Of a DNA stretch of 64,000 nt, positions 63,800 to 64,000 are shown one piece after another; within the stretch, counting starts at the first letter, position 1, and the number at the start of each line of letters is the position of its first letter. The stretch is taken from positions 16,430,001 through 16,494,000 of the forward strand of contig OX597823.1 in the NCBI GenBank assembly GCA_951406725.2, read 5' to 3'. The notes below the pieces were generated by a model, which did not search any database, had not been told where the DNA came from, and was given only the letters and a program-made list of their open reading frames with translations. This DNA comes from Octopus vulgaris. Lineage: Eukaryota. A program made the position numbers and the translations under genes.

Positions 63800-64000
63800 T
63801 CCTTTCTACTGGAAGCAGAAGGCCTAAATTTTGGGGAAAGGATTAAATCGATTACATTGACCCTAGTGCATAACTGGTACTTATTTAATCGATCCTGAAA
63901 GGATGAAAGGCAAAGTTGACCTTGGCAGAATTTGAACTTAAAATGTAAAGACAGGCAAAATGCCACTAAGCAATTTGCTTGGTGTGCTAACAATTCTGCC
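63800..64000 (-). mobile_element. SINE family B (runs off the window)
   Basis: GGATGAAAGGCAAAGTTGACC core. Confidence 0.85.

Overview
This is AT-rich, repeat-saturated animal DNA, most likely an octopus (coleoid cephalopod). That call is inferred from the tRNA-derived SINE families and the dense (CA)/(TA)/(TATG) microsatellites. No conventional host protein-coding gene could be recognised. Most long ORFs are transposon remnants or microsatellite artefacts. Retroelements present: CR1/L2-group LINEs (one uninterrupted 547-aa RT frame at 39954-41597), RTE LINEs (a 2.3-kb copy with a 12-bp TSD at 34206-36550), CRE-, I/Nimb- and Penelope-like relics, Gypsy fragments and about 40 SINE copies of four families. 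DNA transposons present: Tc1/mariner, Tigger, hAT, piggyBac, Merlin-like MITEs and Helitrons. The most notable non-coding signals are two type I hammerhead-ribozyme motifs with unusually enlarged stem II domains (20851-20939, 24915-25061) plus a degenerate third, and a 135-nt H/ACA-snoRNA-like fold (8616-8750). That fold lies beside a compact candidate spliced micro-gene and CpG-rich promoter (8750-9290). There is also a candidate bidirectional promoter (about 43450-43900) and several long inverted-repeat or rearranged transposon structures. All structures were folded by eye, and repeat boundaries without TSDs are approximate.
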